A program made the position numbers and the translations under genes. From assembly GCA_035547775.1 (NCBI GenBank), contig DASZUC010000033.1, positions 1 to 48,743 of the forward strand: 48,743 bases of DNA, written 5' to 3'. The notes beneath the pieces were generated by a model. The model searched no databases and was not told the DNA's origin. It saw only the letters and a list, made by a program, of their open reading frames with translations. Below are positions 26,584 to 36,576 of this stretch, in pieces. This stretch comes from Candidatus Saccharimonadales bacterium (GTDB lineage Bacteria; Patescibacteriota; Saccharimonadia; Saccharimonadales; UBA4665). The first letter of the stretch is position 1. Each line of letters begins with the position of its first letter.

Positions 26584-27482
26584 GCGCCGATTTTATCCTT
26601 ACGGCGGCCGCCCTTAGCAACCAGTTCGGCATAATCGATAATCTTGGCAGCGACGTTGTGACTAGTCACTTTTTCAATCTTGAAACCGGGGCTAGAGTTC
26701 ACTTCAAGCACCAACGGCCCACGCTCACTGCGCATCATGTCAACGCCAGCAATTGGCAAACCCATGGCTTTGGCAGCGCGCTGAGCAGTTTTGCGCTCTT
26801 CGTCGGTTAATTTCACGGGAATACCTTCGCCACCTTGGGCAATATTTGATCGAAAGTCATCATCGAGGCTTTGGCGCAACATGCTGGCCACAACCTTACC
26901 ATTCACCACAAAGACACGAATGTCCACGCCGGCACTTTCGGCCACAAATTCTTGGACCACAAAGCTCACGCCTTCCACATAAAAGGCCTGCATCACAGCC
27001 TTAGCCGCTTTACGAGTTTCGGCGAGCACCACACCGTTACCACGGGTACCACGAGCCACTTTGATAATTACTGGGGCGCCACCGACTTGTTCGAGCACGT
27101 CGTCGAGGTCGGCTGCTTCACGAGCAAACACTGTTTTTGGAATGCCGATGCCGGCTTTAGCCAACAGCTGAATGCTGCGCAATTTGTCACGCGAGCGAAC
27201 AATGGCTAATGAGCTGGTTACGGTTGGCACGTTACGCATTTCGAATTGTCGCACAATTGAGGAGCCATAACCCGTCAGCCGGGCCGAAATACGAGGAATA
27301 ATCACGTCAACATCTTTCAGCTCTTCACCGTTGTAGCGAATAACTGGATTGCCGCGTTCGGCCGTAATGTAACATTTGGAGTAGTTGATAATTTGGACGT
27401 TGTGACCGCGCGCCAAAGCCTCCTCCTTGAGACGTTTGGTGGAGTAGTTGCCCGGGCCTTTGGATAAAATTGCAATATTCAT
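26580..27482 (-). CDS. rimK: RimK-family ATP-grasp alpha-L-glutamate ligase
   Basis: MNIAILSKGPGNYSTKRLKEEALARGH aligns residue for residue with the E. coli RimK N-terminus. ATP-grasp motifs follow (VIIKVARGTRGNGV, QEFVAES.G.DIRVFVV, AGVDMMRS..GPLVLEVNSSPG). The alternative GTG start is at 27500. Confidence 0.9.
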   Translation of the reverse strand: MNIAILSKGPGNYSTKRLKEEALARGHNVQIINYSKCYITAERGNPVIRYNGEELKDVDVIIPRISARLTGYGSSIVRQFEMRNVPTVTSSLAIVRSRDKLRSIQLLAKAGIGIPKTVFAREAADLDDVLEQVGGAPVIIKVARGTRGNGVVLAETRKAAKAVMQAFYVEGVSFVVQEFVAESAGVDIRVFVVNGKVVASMLRQSLDDDFRSNIAQGGEGIPVKLTDEERKTAQRAAKAMGLPIAGVDMMRSERGPLVLEVNSSPGFKIEKVTSHNVAAKIIDYAELVAKGGRRKDKIGA

Positions 27483-27492
27483 AGTGCGTACC

Positions 27493-27933
27493 TTACTCAC
27501 TCTTCTGGTTTACGTCAACCAAAAAACCATGGATTCGTAAGAAATTCCGGCCAATCAGCATCGGAAATTTCATAGAACCACGATTCGTTAGGGTAATAGT
27601 AATAGGATAGTTTTTGCCTAAAATACCGATTTCGGTATTGATGGCATAGCGTCGAGCAGTCATTCCGTTTGAGCTGGTAACTCGTCGTCGATGATAGGTG
27701 GCGACTTCAAGGGTGTGGTCTTTACTGCCTAGTGGTGAAAAGCGCAGCCGGCGTTCGCCGTTCTCTAGTTTCACTTCGCGAATTTGCGTGGCATGCAGCG
27801 CGCCAGAATAGGCACCCGTGTCAATTTTGGCCCGTACGCCTTCAATACCAAACAGTGGTAAATCGACGTCTAGCGCCCGACCGACCGTGGTTGGTACTTC
27901 TGCTTTCTTAAATGAAGACCAGGTAAATTTCAC
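27493..27933 (-). CDS. RimK-associated retropepsin-like protein (PF05618-type, annotated 'ATP-dependent zinc protease'; RimB-like)
   Basis: 146 aa with AKIDTGAYSGALHA (D-T-G aspartic-protease-like signature) and PMLIGRNFL near the C-terminus. Immediately upstream of rimK, as is typical for this family. Confidence 0.75.
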   Translation of the reverse strand: MKFTWSSFKKAEVPTTVGRALDVDLPLFGIEGVRAKIDTGAYSGALHATQIREVKLENGERRLRFSPLGSKDHTLEVATYHRRRVTSSNGMTARRYAINTEIGILGKNYPITITLTNRGSMKFPMLIGRNFLRIHGFLVDVNQKSE

Positions 27934-27977
27934 GAGTTATATTGCTCCTTACCGTGGCAATTGTTGAGAACCTCTAA

Positions 27978-28006
27978 ATTATACCATATAAATCATATTT
28001 ATACAA
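27978..28006 (-). promoter_or_regulatory. Sigma70-like promoter for the rimB-like/rimK pair
   Basis: Minus strand: TTGTAT (28006-28001), 17-nt spacer, TGgTATAAT extended -10 (TATAAT at 27983-27978). AAGGAG lies before the ATG at 27933. Confidence 0.5.
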
Positions 28007-28174
28007 TACTCTTACCCCTACGCATTAGCGTGTAGGACACGAGTGTAGACTAAGTAAATTGCCAGCAAAACTAAGAGTAAAACCGTCAATAACAGAGGTA
28101 TAAAACCAGTTTGGTTTATTGGGGTGCGTTTCACTGCTACCCATTATTGCCATAACCAGTATGGAGTGCAAGTC

Positions 28175-29560
28175 TTAGGCGGCCAGAATATGATCAGCGA
28201 TCGTACGATGATCAGATCGACTGAGGTCGAGTTTACCGGCCAATAGCAAATCGAGATCGGCCTGGGTGTGTACATTACGCAAGCATTCCCAAACGCTTTG
28301 CTTGCCATTGAACATCGCCAGATCTTTGGTGTAAATCAAGCCTGACTGTTGGGTGTCGGTACCGCGAAAGAGACGCATTTCTTGCAGCATGGCGTTGCGC
28401 TGTGACTTACCAAGACTATCGTCAACACTCTCAAGAGGACGACCCTTGGCCATCAGTAAGGACTTAAAGCGCCAATGGATTTCGTGAGCAGCTTTTAGAT
28501 CACGTGGCTCATGACCATCAAGACCGTAGACCAAGCCTGCCAATAAGTAATATTCGTCGCTGTGAGCATCTTCGCCCCCACTATAGGCAGTTTCAAAAGC
28601 CATACCCAGTGCCTCTTCAAAGTCCAGGTAGCCATCTTGGCCATAGGCAGCACTCAAATAACCGGCTTTTTCGGCGTTGATCGAACGCAAAGTGTGAACA
28701 CCAAGTTCATGCACGACCACTTGGTATAAGTCTTTGCCTGATTTTTCTTTACGCTTCATGCCAACTTCTATTTGCTTCTTGTGGGCTGAAACCGAAACAA
28801 CAGAGGCGTTTTCGGTTAATACGACTTGCCAGCCGAGCTCGTGACCGCCGAGCTGTTGCAGCACAACATTAAGGGCGTCGCGGACTTCTTCATTGGCATA
28901 AATTTTCTCTGGGTCAATATGTGCCATTAACGGATCGAAACGCTCACGAACTAAGGCACCGACGCGAGCCATGGTTTCGGTATCGGGCTGGACTATTTCG
29001 TAATTTGACTCGCCGATTGGGCCCAAGAGTGCACTCAATTCATCGGCAATTTCTTTGTTGATACCAGTTATTTGGGCTTGTTCAATCAGTGGTAAAAGTT
29101 TGGCGTGCGCAATGGCGTTGAATACGTCCTGCTCGGGCTTGCCATACAAACCTTCCGAGGCCAGCTTAAACCAGTCGCGACTTTCAGCTCGCTCGGTTTC
29201 GGTTTTGCTGGTATCGTTCATCTCTTTAGCGGCTTTGAGCAGAAACAATTCGCTGGCGCGATACTCAATAGCATCAAAGAGCGCACTAACTTTTAGCGAT
29301 TCGTGGCCACTCATGGTGGTTTCGAGAGCTTGCTTCATTGGGTAACCAACCCGATCGAGATTGGTATCGCTTAGCTCTGGATAATTCGGCTGCATATGAG
29401 GAATTGCGCCGGCCAGAAAAGCGGCTTTTTGTGGGGCAATATCTTCACTGCGAAAGTATTCATAACTCTGCAGACCAACAATTTCGGGCTGCGCTTCCAC
29501 AAGCTGTTCGACAGTAGACAGCGTAGCTTGTTCATGCAAATTGGGGGCAAATTCTGCCAT
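28175..29560 (-). CDS. DUF1704-family metallopeptidase (QEGLA-motif protein, MATCAP-like carboxypeptidase fold)
   Basis: 461 aa. VVHELGVHTLRSINA (HExxH) is followed about 30 aa later by FEEALGMAFE, which corresponds to the family's QEGLA glutamate motif. Confidence 0.65.
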   Translation of the reverse strand: MAEFAPNLHEQATLSTVEQLVEAQPEIVGLQSYEYFRSEDIAPQKAAFLAGAIPHMQPNYPELSDTNLDRVGYPMKQALETTMSGHESLKVSALFDAIEYRASELFLLKAAKEMNDTSKTETERAESRDWFKLASEGLYGKPEQDVFNAIAHAKLLPLIEQAQITGINKEIADELSALLGPIGESNYEIVQPDTETMARVGALVRERFDPLMAHIDPEKIYANEEVRDALNVVLQQLGGHELGWQVVLTENASVVSVSAHKKQIEVGMKRKEKSGKDLYQVVVHELGVHTLRSINAEKAGYLSAAYGQDGYLDFEEALGMAFETAYSGGEDAHSDEYYLLAGLVYGLDGHEPRDLKAAHEIHWRFKSLLMAKGRPLESVDDSLGKSQRNAMLQEMRLFRGTDTQQSGLIYTKDLAMFNGKQSVWECLRNVHTQADLDLLLAGKLDLSRSDHRTIADHILAA

Positions 29561-29590
29561 GGAGCATATTATAGCATAAACAGAATGATT

Positions 29591-30685
29591 TTACCAGAGT
29601 TTTTTGTGTGGTTTGTCGGCTTGAAAATCTTGCAGTAAGGCTTGCTGCTGCTTGGTTAGTTTAGTTGGGGTATCGACAATCAGCGTAATAATGTGAGCAC
29701 CACGTGAGCCGCCTTTCAAATGCGGTACTCCGTGACCCGACAACTTAAAATCGCTGCCGGATTGGGTGCCAGCTGGGACTTTCATCTGTATGGGACCGTC
29801 TACGGTGGCAACTTCGATTTCAGTACCCAACGCCGCCTCAACCATGCCAACGTGCTCTTCACTTAAGATTAAATCACCTTCGCGGGTAAACTGCTTGTGT
29901 GGCTTCACCCGAATTTGGACGTATAAATCACCCTTGGGGCCATTAGCCACCGCTTCCCCATGTTCACGCAAGCGAATGGTCGCCCCATCATCGATACCGG
30001 CCGGGATTTTCAGCTCGATAGTTTGTTTTTTGGTTTGTGTGCCACTGCCATGACAAACGGTGCAGACTTTTTCCGGTACTTTGCCACTACCGCGACATTT
30101 TGGACAGACTGTAGCTTGCTGAATATTGCCAAAAATGGTGCGCGTCACACTGACCACTTGTCCACTACCCTTACATTGATCACAGGTTTGCAGTTCATGA
30201 CCCGGCTCAACGGTGGTACCTTTGCAATGTTCACAGCTGTCGGCTAAGTTGACGTTCAGTTTAGCTTCAGTACCAAATACAGCCTCTTCAAAGCTGATTT
30301 CCACCGCGGTTTCCACGTCACGACCGCGAGCTTGGCGTGGTCGACCACCGCCCGGTGCACCGCCACCAAAAAAGCTACTAAAAATATCGCCAAGACCTAG
30401 ATCACCAAAGTCAAAATTGATGTTCTGCCCGGCACCGCCAAAACCAGCAAACGGATCGCCACCATTGCCACCAACCCCAGCGTGGCCAAATTGATCGTAG
30501 CGTTTGCGTTTATCGGCATCTTTTAGGACTTCGTAAGCCTCGTTGACCTCTTTAAATTTGGTCTCATCACCACCGCGATCCGGGTGGTGTTCGATGGCTG
30601 CTTTGCGGAAAGCTTTTTTGATTTCGTCGGCACTGGCGCTTTTGCCCACACCTAAGACTTCATAATAATCACGCTTGCCGGCCAT
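29591..30685 (-). CDS. dnaJ: Co-chaperone DnaJ (type I)
   Basis: J domain DYYEVLGV...HPDRGGD, a G/F-rich linker, and four CxxCxGxG zinc-finger repeats ([32 protein letters not shown]). Confidence 0.97.
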   Translation of the reverse strand: MAGKRDYYEVLGVGKSASADEIKKAFRKAAIEHHPDRGGDETKFKEVNEAYEVLKDADKRKRYDQFGHAGVGGNGGDPFAGFGGAGQNINFDFGDLGLGDIFSSFFGGGAPGGGRPRQARGRDVETAVEISFEEAVFGTEAKLNVNLADSCEHCKGTTVEPGHELQTCDQCKGSGQVVSVTRTIFGNIQQATVCPKCRGSGKVPEKVCTVCHGSGTQTKKQTIELKIPAGIDDGATIRLREHGEAVANGPKGDLYVQIRVKPHKQFTREGDLILSEEHVGMVEAALGTEIEVATVDGPIQMKVPAGTQSGSDFKLSGHGVPHLKGGSRGAHIITLIVDTPTKLTKQQQALLQDFQADKPHKKLW

Positions 30686-31344
30686 TAATTACCTCGTCGC
30701 ATTTGGTCTTGGGTAATGTCAAAAGCCTGGCGAGCCTCGTCTTCATCCACTCCGTAAATATCCTGCACGTATTTCAGCAAACTCCAATAGTCTGAAAACT
30801 TGCCGAGAGACTGGCGCCGATCATATCGTGACTTGAAGTACACGGTAACTTCGTCGTCCTCAGCTACAATATGGCGAGCAATGTCGCTAAACACCTCTTT
30901 TTCTTCGTCGCTCAGGTTTACTTCTGGTTTGACACGAGTTATTGGGGCCGACTGTAAAAATTCGGTGAGCCGCTCAAGGTACCAATGGCGTTGATCATCG
31001 CTTTTATCAGGCAAATGGTGCCCCTCGGCACTATGTACTTCGCCCAAAATCTGCTGGGGTGGATAAAATGTGTAGTGATCGTAGTCCTCTCCACTCATGC
31101 TCTGAGTAATGAATAGACAGTAAAACTGCTTAGAATCTTTGGTTTGGCGAACTAATAAAAAGTCTTTATTGAGCTGCTCAGACGTCCAACGAGCATCATG
31201 TGCCAGACGTTCGCTGGTGCTACAATCGCTACCCATTTGCTCAATGATCGCGTCGGCATGTTCCTGGATGTTCAACCATTGCTGGCGCTCGATCACCTCA
31301 AATGGCGTCGGTGGCATGGCGGGAGTGTTCTCCGGATTCATCAT
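30685..31344 (-). CDS. Hypothetical acidic protein (orf219) in the chaperone operon
   Basis: 219-aa ORF. Its stop overlaps the dnaJ start as TAATG. No recognisable motif. Confidence 0.65.
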   Translation of the reverse strand: MMNPENTPAMPPTPFEVIERQQWLNIQEHADAIIEQMGSDCSTSERLAHDARWTSEQLNKDFLLVRQTKDSKQFYCLFITQSMSGEDYDHYTFYPPQQILGEVHSAEGHHLPDKSDDQRHWYLERLTEFLQSAPITRVKPEVNLSDEEKEVFSDIARHIVAEDDEVTVYFKSRYDRRQSLGKFSDYWSLLKYVQDIYGVDEDEARQAFDITQDQMRRGN

Positions 31345-31372
31345 ATGTCTATCCTAGCAGGTTTAACGGGGG

Positions 31373-31816
31373 TTAAAAACCGCTGTCCTTTCGCTCTTCG
31401 CTCGCTAAATAATCTAGCAACAGGCCTTGGTGAAGTTCGCAAACGGTAATGCCTTTTTCGTCAGCAGCCATTTTGTCGTAAATCGAGGTCACATCTTCGC
31501 TCGTCTCGTGAATGCCGTCGGCTTGCGAAAAGTCGTAACGACCAGGCTTGCCCATACCACGATGCAATTCTTCGAAGTTTAGGTGATAGACAGTGCGCGG
31601 AGTGACAGTTGCGCCAGCTAAGCGGCTAAGCACAAAGTGCCGGTGATATTCCCAGCCCACTTTCCACTCATAGGCTAATCTTTCCTCGCCATCGATGACC
31701 GCAGGTTGACCATGTTGGAGCAACAAACGATCACTGCGTGCGCTGGCCGTTTCGCCAAAGGTCGATTCGTAATCTAAGGCATCTTGGGCTGGTTGCGGTA
31801 ATTTAGCTTCAGACAT
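31373..31816 (-). CDS. Hypothetical acidic protein (orf147) in the chaperone operon
   Basis: 147-aa ORF, 5 nt after orf71. No recognisable motif. Confidence 0.65.
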   Translation of the reverse strand: MSEAKLPQPAQDALDYESTFGETASARSDRLLLQHGQPAVIDGEERLAYEWKVGWEYHRHFVLSRLAGATVTPRTVYHLNFEELHRGMGKPGRYDFSQADGIHETSEDVTSIYDKMAADEKGITVCELHQGLLLDYLASEERKDSGF

Positions 31817-31821
31817 GTACT

Positions 31822-32037
31822 TTACGCGTCCGTACCTTCCTCAGTCCCACCCTGAACAGCTTGTTGTCGATACTCTTCACGGAGGCGGGCTTGGCGACGA
31901 CTGAAAGCTTCACCAGCAGCCATCAAACCCAACGGATGTGTCAGTGATTCGGCACTAACACCGAGCACTTCTTCTACGGGCGCCACAAAATCAGCTCCCA
32001 AAGCTTCAGCAAATTTCTCTACACGATCCTTATCCAT
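31822..32037 (-). CDS. Hypothetical small acidic protein (orf71) in the chaperone operon
   Basis: 71-aa ORF, 35 nt downstream of dnaK. No recognisable motif. Confidence 0.5.
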   Translation of the reverse strand: MDKDRVEKFAEALGADFVAPVEEVLGVSAESLTHPLGLMAAGEAFSRRQARLREEYRQQAVQGGTEEGTDA

Positions 32038-32072
32038 AGCACCTCCTCAGTTAGAGTAGGTCTATTATAGAC

Positions 32073-34007
32073 CTACTTGTCTACCACTTCGCCCTCAATG
32101 GGCTCGTCTTTGCTCTTCTTGTCTGATTTTTTGCTGGTCTTTTTGTCGCTTTTATCGGTTTCATCAGTTGCTTCGTCAGTATTCTCTTCGGCAGCAGCTT
32201 GTTCATAGAGTTTAGAGCCAATTGGCATGAGTTTGTCGTTCAGCTCTTTGGTAGCAGCTTCGAGTGCGTCTTTGTCGGCGCCCTCGTCGGCCACGACTTT
32301 CTTGGCAGCTTCTACGGCTTCGTCGAGCGTCTTTTTGTCGTCGTCACTGAGCTTATCACCGTTGTCATTCTTCAATTTTTCGGCCTGATACACAGCGCTG
32401 TCGAGCAAATTACGGGCTTCCACTGCTTCGCGCTTGGCCTTGTCTTCCTCGGCGTGAGTTTCAGCTTCTTTGGCCATCTTTTCGACTTCAGTTTTGTCGA
32501 GATTGCCCGAACCAGAAATGGTAATGGACTGCTCTTTGCTGGTGCCCTTATCTTTGGCGGTAACGTTCAAAATACCGTTGGCATCAATGTTAAAGGTAAC
32601 CTCGATCTGGGGGATGCCACGGGGAGCTGGGGCAATACCATCGAGGATGAAACGACCAAGCGACTTATTATCGTTGATCATTTCACGCTCACCCTGGGCC
32701 ACGTGGATTTCGACCTGCGGCTGATTGTCGGCAGCGGTGCTAAAGACTTCTGACTTGCTGGTGGGAATGGTGGTATTGCGCTCAATCAGCTTAGTCATGA
32801 CGCCGCCCATGGTCTCTATACCAAGACTCAAAGGCGTTACGTCCAGCAACAGTACATCCTTGACGTCACCCTGGAGCACGCCGCCTTGAATGGCAGCACC
32901 GACGGCTACAACTTCATCGGGGTTTACACCCTTCATCGGGTCTTTGCCAAAGATTGCCTTCACTTTTTCTTGCACGGCCGGCATACGGGTCATGCCGCCT
33001 ACTAATACGACAGCATCGATGTCAGCAGCTTTGAGGCCTGCATCTTTGAGAGCTTTCTCGCAAGGCGCGGCGGTCTTGTCGACCAGCTCGGCTACTAAGC
33101 TCTCTAACTTGGCGCGGGTCAGTTTGTACTCGAAGTGCTTGGGGCCTTCGGCGTCAGCGGTTAAGAATGGTAGGTTAACGTCGACTTCTTGAGCAGTCGA
33201 TAACTCAATCTTGGCTTTCTCGGCTTCGTCACGCAAGCGTTGCATAGCAGCTTTGTCGTCTGAGACGTCGATGCCAGCGTCTTTTTTGAATTCATCCACA
33301 AAGTGGTTGACCAAAACGCGGTCAAAGTCGGCGCCACCGAGGTGAGTGTCACCATTGGTGCTTTTGACTTCAAATACACCATCGCCTAGTTCAAGGATGG
33401 AAACGTCAAAGGTACCACCACCAAGGTCGTAGACGGCGATTTTTTCGTCTTTTTTGTCGGCTTTGTCGAGGCCGTAAGCTAAAGCTGCTGCGGTTGGCTC
33501 ATTGATGATGCGTTTTACTTCTAGGCCAGCAATTTTACCAGCATCTTTGGTGGCTTGGCGCTGGCTGTCGTCGAAGTAAGCTGGGACCGTAATCACTGCT
33601 TCGGTGACCTTGTCGCCCAGGAAAGCTTCAGCATCGGCCTTCAGCTTGCCAAGAATCATGGCACTGATTTCCTCAGGACTGTATTCTTTGTCGGCCATTT
33701 TAACCTTGACGCCACTGCCAGACTTCACGATTTCGTAACCCATTAATTTGAGGTCACGCTGCACTTCTTTGTCGTTAAAGTTACGGCCAATCAGACGCTT
33801 CACTTCATAAATCGTGTTGTTGGGGTTGGTCACCTGCTGGCGACGTGCCACTTGGCCGACCAAACGCTCGCCGTTTTTGTTAACAGCCACGACTGACGGT
33901 GTGGTGCGCGCACCTTCGCTGTTCGCGATAATTTCCGGCTTGCCAGACTGCATTACAGCCATGGCCGAGTTGGTGGTACCAAGGTCAATTCCGATAATTT
34001 TTGCCAT
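32073..34007 (-). CDS. dnaK: Hsp70 chaperone DnaK
   Basis: [23 protein letters not shown] and [10 protein letters not shown] signatures. K/D/E-rich C-terminal tail. AAGGAG lies before the ATG. Confidence 0.98.
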   Translation of the reverse strand: MAKIIGIDLGTTNSAMAVMQSGKPEIIANSEGARTTPSVVAVNKNGERLVGQVARRQQVTNPNNTIYEVKRLIGRNFNDKEVQRDLKLMGYEIVKSGSGVKVKMADKEYSPEEISAMILGKLKADAEAFLGDKVTEAVITVPAYFDDSQRQATKDAGKIAGLEVKRIINEPTAAALAYGLDKADKKDEKIAVYDLGGGTFDVSILELGDGVFEVKSTNGDTHLGGADFDRVLVNHFVDEFKKDAGIDVSDDKAAMQRLRDEAEKAKIELSTAQEVDVNLPFLTADAEGPKHFEYKLTRAKLESLVAELVDKTAAPCEKALKDAGLKAADIDAVVLVGGMTRMPAVQEKVKAIFGKDPMKGVNPDEVVAVGAAIQGGVLQGDVKDVLLLDVTPLSLGIETMGGVMTKLIERNTTIPTSKSEVFSTAADNQPQVEIHVAQGEREMINDNKSLGRFILDGIAPAPRGIPQIEVTFNIDANGILNVTAKDKGTSKEQSITISGSGNLDKTEVEKMAKEAETHAEEDKAKREAVEARNLLDSAVYQAEKLKNDNGDKLSDDDKKTLDEAVEAAKKVVADEGADKDALEAATKELNDKLMPIGSKLYEQAAAEENTDEATDETDKSDKKTSKKSDKKSKDEPIEGEVVDK

Positions 34008-34017
34008 TCTATTCTCC

Positions 34018-34536
34018 TTAATCTATTCTTAATGCTTCGGTTTCACGGGCTGCCCCATAAACAAATCGTAAGTCGCGAACACGACTATCAGTAGGATCGA
34101 TGCTCTCTAACTCCACGCTGCTATCTTGCACAATACTTGTCAAACTAGCTGTATCAAGGTCGACAATATAGTCACGGACTTGGCCGAAACGCCACATCTC
34201 CAAAAAGCCTTGGCGTTCACCAGCACTCAACGACGTCATACCCAACTTCTTCTGATCCTGATGGGCTTCAATAATTTCCTCATTGGTTGGTACGCCCGGT
34301 ATGGTTTCTGGATCAGTATGCAACATAGCTATGACGGTTTCGAGTGGCGACTTCTGTGATCCTGGCAGGCTTTCAAAGCGGTTATCTTGCCAGTTACCAT
34401 AGGCCCGTCGAGCAACGGCCGCAACGGTAAGCACTCCGGCTATCCATAAACTTCTGTACATCAATTGATGTCCGGAAAATTCGTGGGTTATGTGACCCAA
34501 CTTGCCTGTCTGTTGTTTAACAGTACGTTTCGCCAT
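34018..34536 (-). CDS. Hypothetical single-pass membrane protein (orf172) in the chaperone operon
   Basis: I start at [13 protein letters not shown] helix [13 protein letters not shown]. Ends 10 nt before dnaK. Alternative starts are at 34560 (ATG) and 34593 (GTG). Confidence 0.55.
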   Translation of the reverse strand: MAKRTVKQQTGKLGHITHEFSGHQLMYRSLWIAGVLTVAAVARRAYGNWQDNRFESLPGSQKSPLETVIAMLHTDPETIPGVPTNEEIIEAHQDQKKLGMTSLSAGERQGFLEMWRFGQVRDYIVDLDTASLTSIVQDSSVELESIDPTDSRVRDLRFVYGAARETEALRID

Positions 34537-34609
34537 ATGATTTCTTTCACAAATCCTCATAGATTTGTAGTCATCAGTATGACTGATTAGCACTCAGACG
34601 TCAAGACTG

Positions 34610-34909
34610 CTAATTGTTGTCTTTTTTGATACGTTCTCTCTGTTGTTGATGTTCTTTGGCAGCATTCTTGCCTGCCACGGCTAAGGCTTCCACGGCTTCA
34701 TGCTGGGCGTCAAAAGGTTGTTTATCTTGCGCTTTGAAGTAGTAGTAAAACGGGGTGCTGAAGATACCGAAGGTTAGGCCAATAAAGAGCAGCGGCCAGT
34801 AGTGATCGCTGCGGGTATTGGCTGTTTTGTACACCCCCATAGCCACCAGTGCACAGCCTAGTACCATGCCGATCAAACTGGCCCACCCGGCACGGCTACG
34901 CCTCGGCAT
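34610..34909 (-). CDS. Hypothetical 2-TM membrane protein (orf99) in the chaperone operon
   Basis: Helices WASLIGMVLGCALVAMGVY and WPLLFIGLTFGIFSTPFYYYF, followed by a basic C-terminal tail. Confidence 0.6.
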   Translation of the reverse strand: MPRRSRAGWASLIGMVLGCALVAMGVYKTANTRSDHYWPLLFIGLTFGIFSTPFYYYFKAQDKQPFDAQHEAVEALAVAGKNAAKEHQQQRERIKKDNN

Positions 34910-35513
34910 CAGGTTTTCTTTTATTGTAATAATAGTAGTGGCGGGGATTCCAAAATAAGCTGGCGCTTTTCAGGCCTTCCAGCAGCACTTGGCCTGTTGC
35001 TTTTGCCAAACGGCGCATTCGACCAGGCTGCGATTCAACAGCGACCTCTGGATTAGGATAAGGCGGCAGCACCGTACGCCCGTTTATCATATCGCTCAAA
35101 TGATCCACGGCTTTGGTGGTCAGGTTTTGCAATTCGTTGGCATCACCTTTAGCTAGCTGCCGAACGGCTTTCATATCTTCGGCGGATAGGTCGAACCACT
35201 CCTGGTAAAAATTGAGGCGATCTTTAGTTTCGGCGGCAGAAGCCTCGCCAGCCGATTGTTTGCAGAAAGCTTCGAGCATCGCCCCGTAAGCGCCAGTTAA
35301 ATCGTCACGCTCAGTAAATGGAAAGCGTACGTGGGGTGTTTGGTCGTAAGGACCTTCGTGATCATGGCGAATCAAATCGCCCATAAAATCCGTGTCATGC
35401 CGCAAGTGCTCGGGCACCCGACCGAGAGGGGTGGAAGCACCCGGCCACTGGCGCTCGGGGTTATTGAAATCGATCTGACCACCGTTGATAAGCCATTCAT
35501 AGTTGCCGCTCAT
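34896..35513 (-). CDS. Hypothetical protein (orf205) in the chaperone operon
   Basis: I start at MSGNYEWLING (ATG at 35513), 1 nt after the orf82 stop and with GGTGGA upstream. The ORF-track start at 35534 would overlap orf82 by 20 nt. No recognisable motif. Confidence 0.6.
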   Translation of the reverse strand: MSGNYEWLINGGQIDFNNPERQWPGASTPLGRVPEHLRHDTDFMGDLIRHDHEGPYDQTPHVRFPFTERDDLTGAYGAMLEAFCKQSAGEASAAETKDRLNFYQEWFDLSAEDMKAVRQLAKGDANELQNLTTKAVDHLSDMINGRTVLPPYPNPEVAVESQPGRMRRLAKATGQVLLEGLKSASLFWNPRHYYYYNKRKPDAEA

Positions 35514-35514
35514 C

Positions 35515-35763
35515 TTAGTCCACCAATTCGGCAATACGATCCATAAGCTGGGCGTCGTAGGCCGACAAAACCGCCGCTTTGGCTTCGGCCTCTAGTTGGC
35601 TGACGACGGTCGGGTCAAGCAAGCCCAGAATACGACAAAATTCACTGAAACTTTCATGTACATCGCCATCATCCATGGCTACCTGTATAGCTTCGTTACT
35701 ATCGCCAAAGAAGTCTTCGGCCATAGCACGATGTTCGGGTCGGGGGTACTGTTCGCCAATCAT
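35515..35763 (-). CDS. Hypothetical small acidic protein (orf82) in the chaperone operon
   Basis: The start overlaps the grpE stop (ATGA). 82 aa, very D/E-rich. Confidence 0.55.
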   Translation of the reverse strand: MIGEQYPRPEHRAMAEDFFGDSNEAIQVAMDDGDVHESFSEFCRILGLLDPTVVSQLEAEAKAAVLSAYDAQLMDRIAELVD

Positions 35764-36239
35764 TGAGCCCTCACTCGTACCATAGCGTGACGGATCACAT
35801 CCTCACCAATGCGATACCCTGCTTGGAGTTCCTCGCTCACCACTTCCTGACTACCCTCACCATCTTCGACACTCACGGCTTCGTGTAATTGCGGGTCAAA
35901 AGCTTCGCCGACGGTTTTAATACGCTCCACGCCAATATCGGCCAGGGTTTTTTCGAATTGTTTGACGATTCCCTCTACGCCTTTCACGAAATCATTATCA
36001 GTCAGGTTGGCCGGGATGTGCTTGAGAGCGCGCTCGAAATTGTCGATAACTGGCAAGAGGTCGGCGATTACGCTGGCTTTGACTGTGCTACGTAAGCCTG
36101 CAATTTGCTCTTCGTGTCGACGACGCAGATTAGTCGCATCGGCACGCTCGTGCTGCAAGGCCGCAGTCAGTTGTTCAACTTGCTGGGTTAATTCGGCAAC
36201 CGTGGGCTTCTTATTTGTCACGACGAAATACCTGCACAA
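35760..36239 (-). CDS. grpE: Nucleotide exchange factor GrpE
   Basis: Coiled-coil N-terminus (ELTQQVEQLTAALQHERADATNLRRRHEEQ), then LLPVIDNFERAL and a C-terminal beta domain (FDPQLHEAV...GYRIGEDVIRHAMVRV). A GTG at 36221 is an alternative start. Confidence 0.92.
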   Translation of the reverse strand: MCRYFVVTNKKPTVAELTQQVEQLTAALQHERADATNLRRRHEEQIAGLRSTVKASVIADLLPVIDNFERALKHIPANLTDNDFVKGVEGIVKQFEKTLADIGVERIKTVGEAFDPQLHEAVSVEDGEGSQEVVSEELQAGYRIGEDVIRHAMVRVRAQ

Positions 36240-36576
36240 TATTACGGCTGGAAGCCCTGGCCAGAGCGACCGAGCCTACAGCGCTTGCTTTCATAAGTAC
36301 AACTGGTAATCGGAGCCATGTAACTTCAGCATCGCCATCGTAGCGCAAGACACGCTTGGAAGCCGCCAAAGTATCGGCATCAAATCGCTTAATCCAATCT
36401 GTTATCCCCACATCTTGTGCGGGACCAATACTGGTTGGAGCTGAAGCTGTTTCGGTGACTGCAATCACCTCTTCGTCATAGCCCACAACCAAATCGGAGC
36501 CTTCACTTTGGCGTGGCAGGTCATCGAGAATGTCGCTATATGCGATTACACCTAGCTTTTCTGGACCGTCAGCCAT
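36211..36576 (-). CDS. Hypothetical protein (orf121) between hrcA and grpE
   Basis: 121-aa ORF filling the whole hrcA-grpE interval. Overlaps the hrcA stop by 8 nt and the grpE start by 11-29 nt. No recognisable motif. Confidence 0.5.
   Translation of the reverse strand: MADGPEKLGVIAYSDILDDLPRQSEGSDLVVGYDEEVIAVTETASAPTSIGPAQDVGITDWIKRFDADTLAASKRVLRYDGDAEVTWLRLPVVLMKASAVGSVALARASSRNIVQVFRRDK

Noticed and set aside
26343-27209. 155-aa, 83-aa, 63-aa and 112-aa plus-strand ORFs across the end of the 4-TM gene and antisense to rimK
   Set aside because: They are alternative-frame or antisense readings of well-supported genes, with His/Thr/Arg-rich nonsense-like translations.
28025-28144. 39-aa minus-strand ORF (MGSSETHPNKPNWFYTSVIDGFTLSFAGNLLSLHSCPTR) between the DUF1704 gene and the rimB-like gene
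   Set aside because: It has no clear SD and no recognisable family. The interval is better explained as a promoter and UTR region, so the evidence is insufficient.
32199-33746. Several long plus-strand ORFs (up to 184 aa) antisense to dnaK
   Set aside because: Long stop-free antisense frames are a known codon-bias artefact in hsp70 genes. They have no SD sequences and low-complexity translations.
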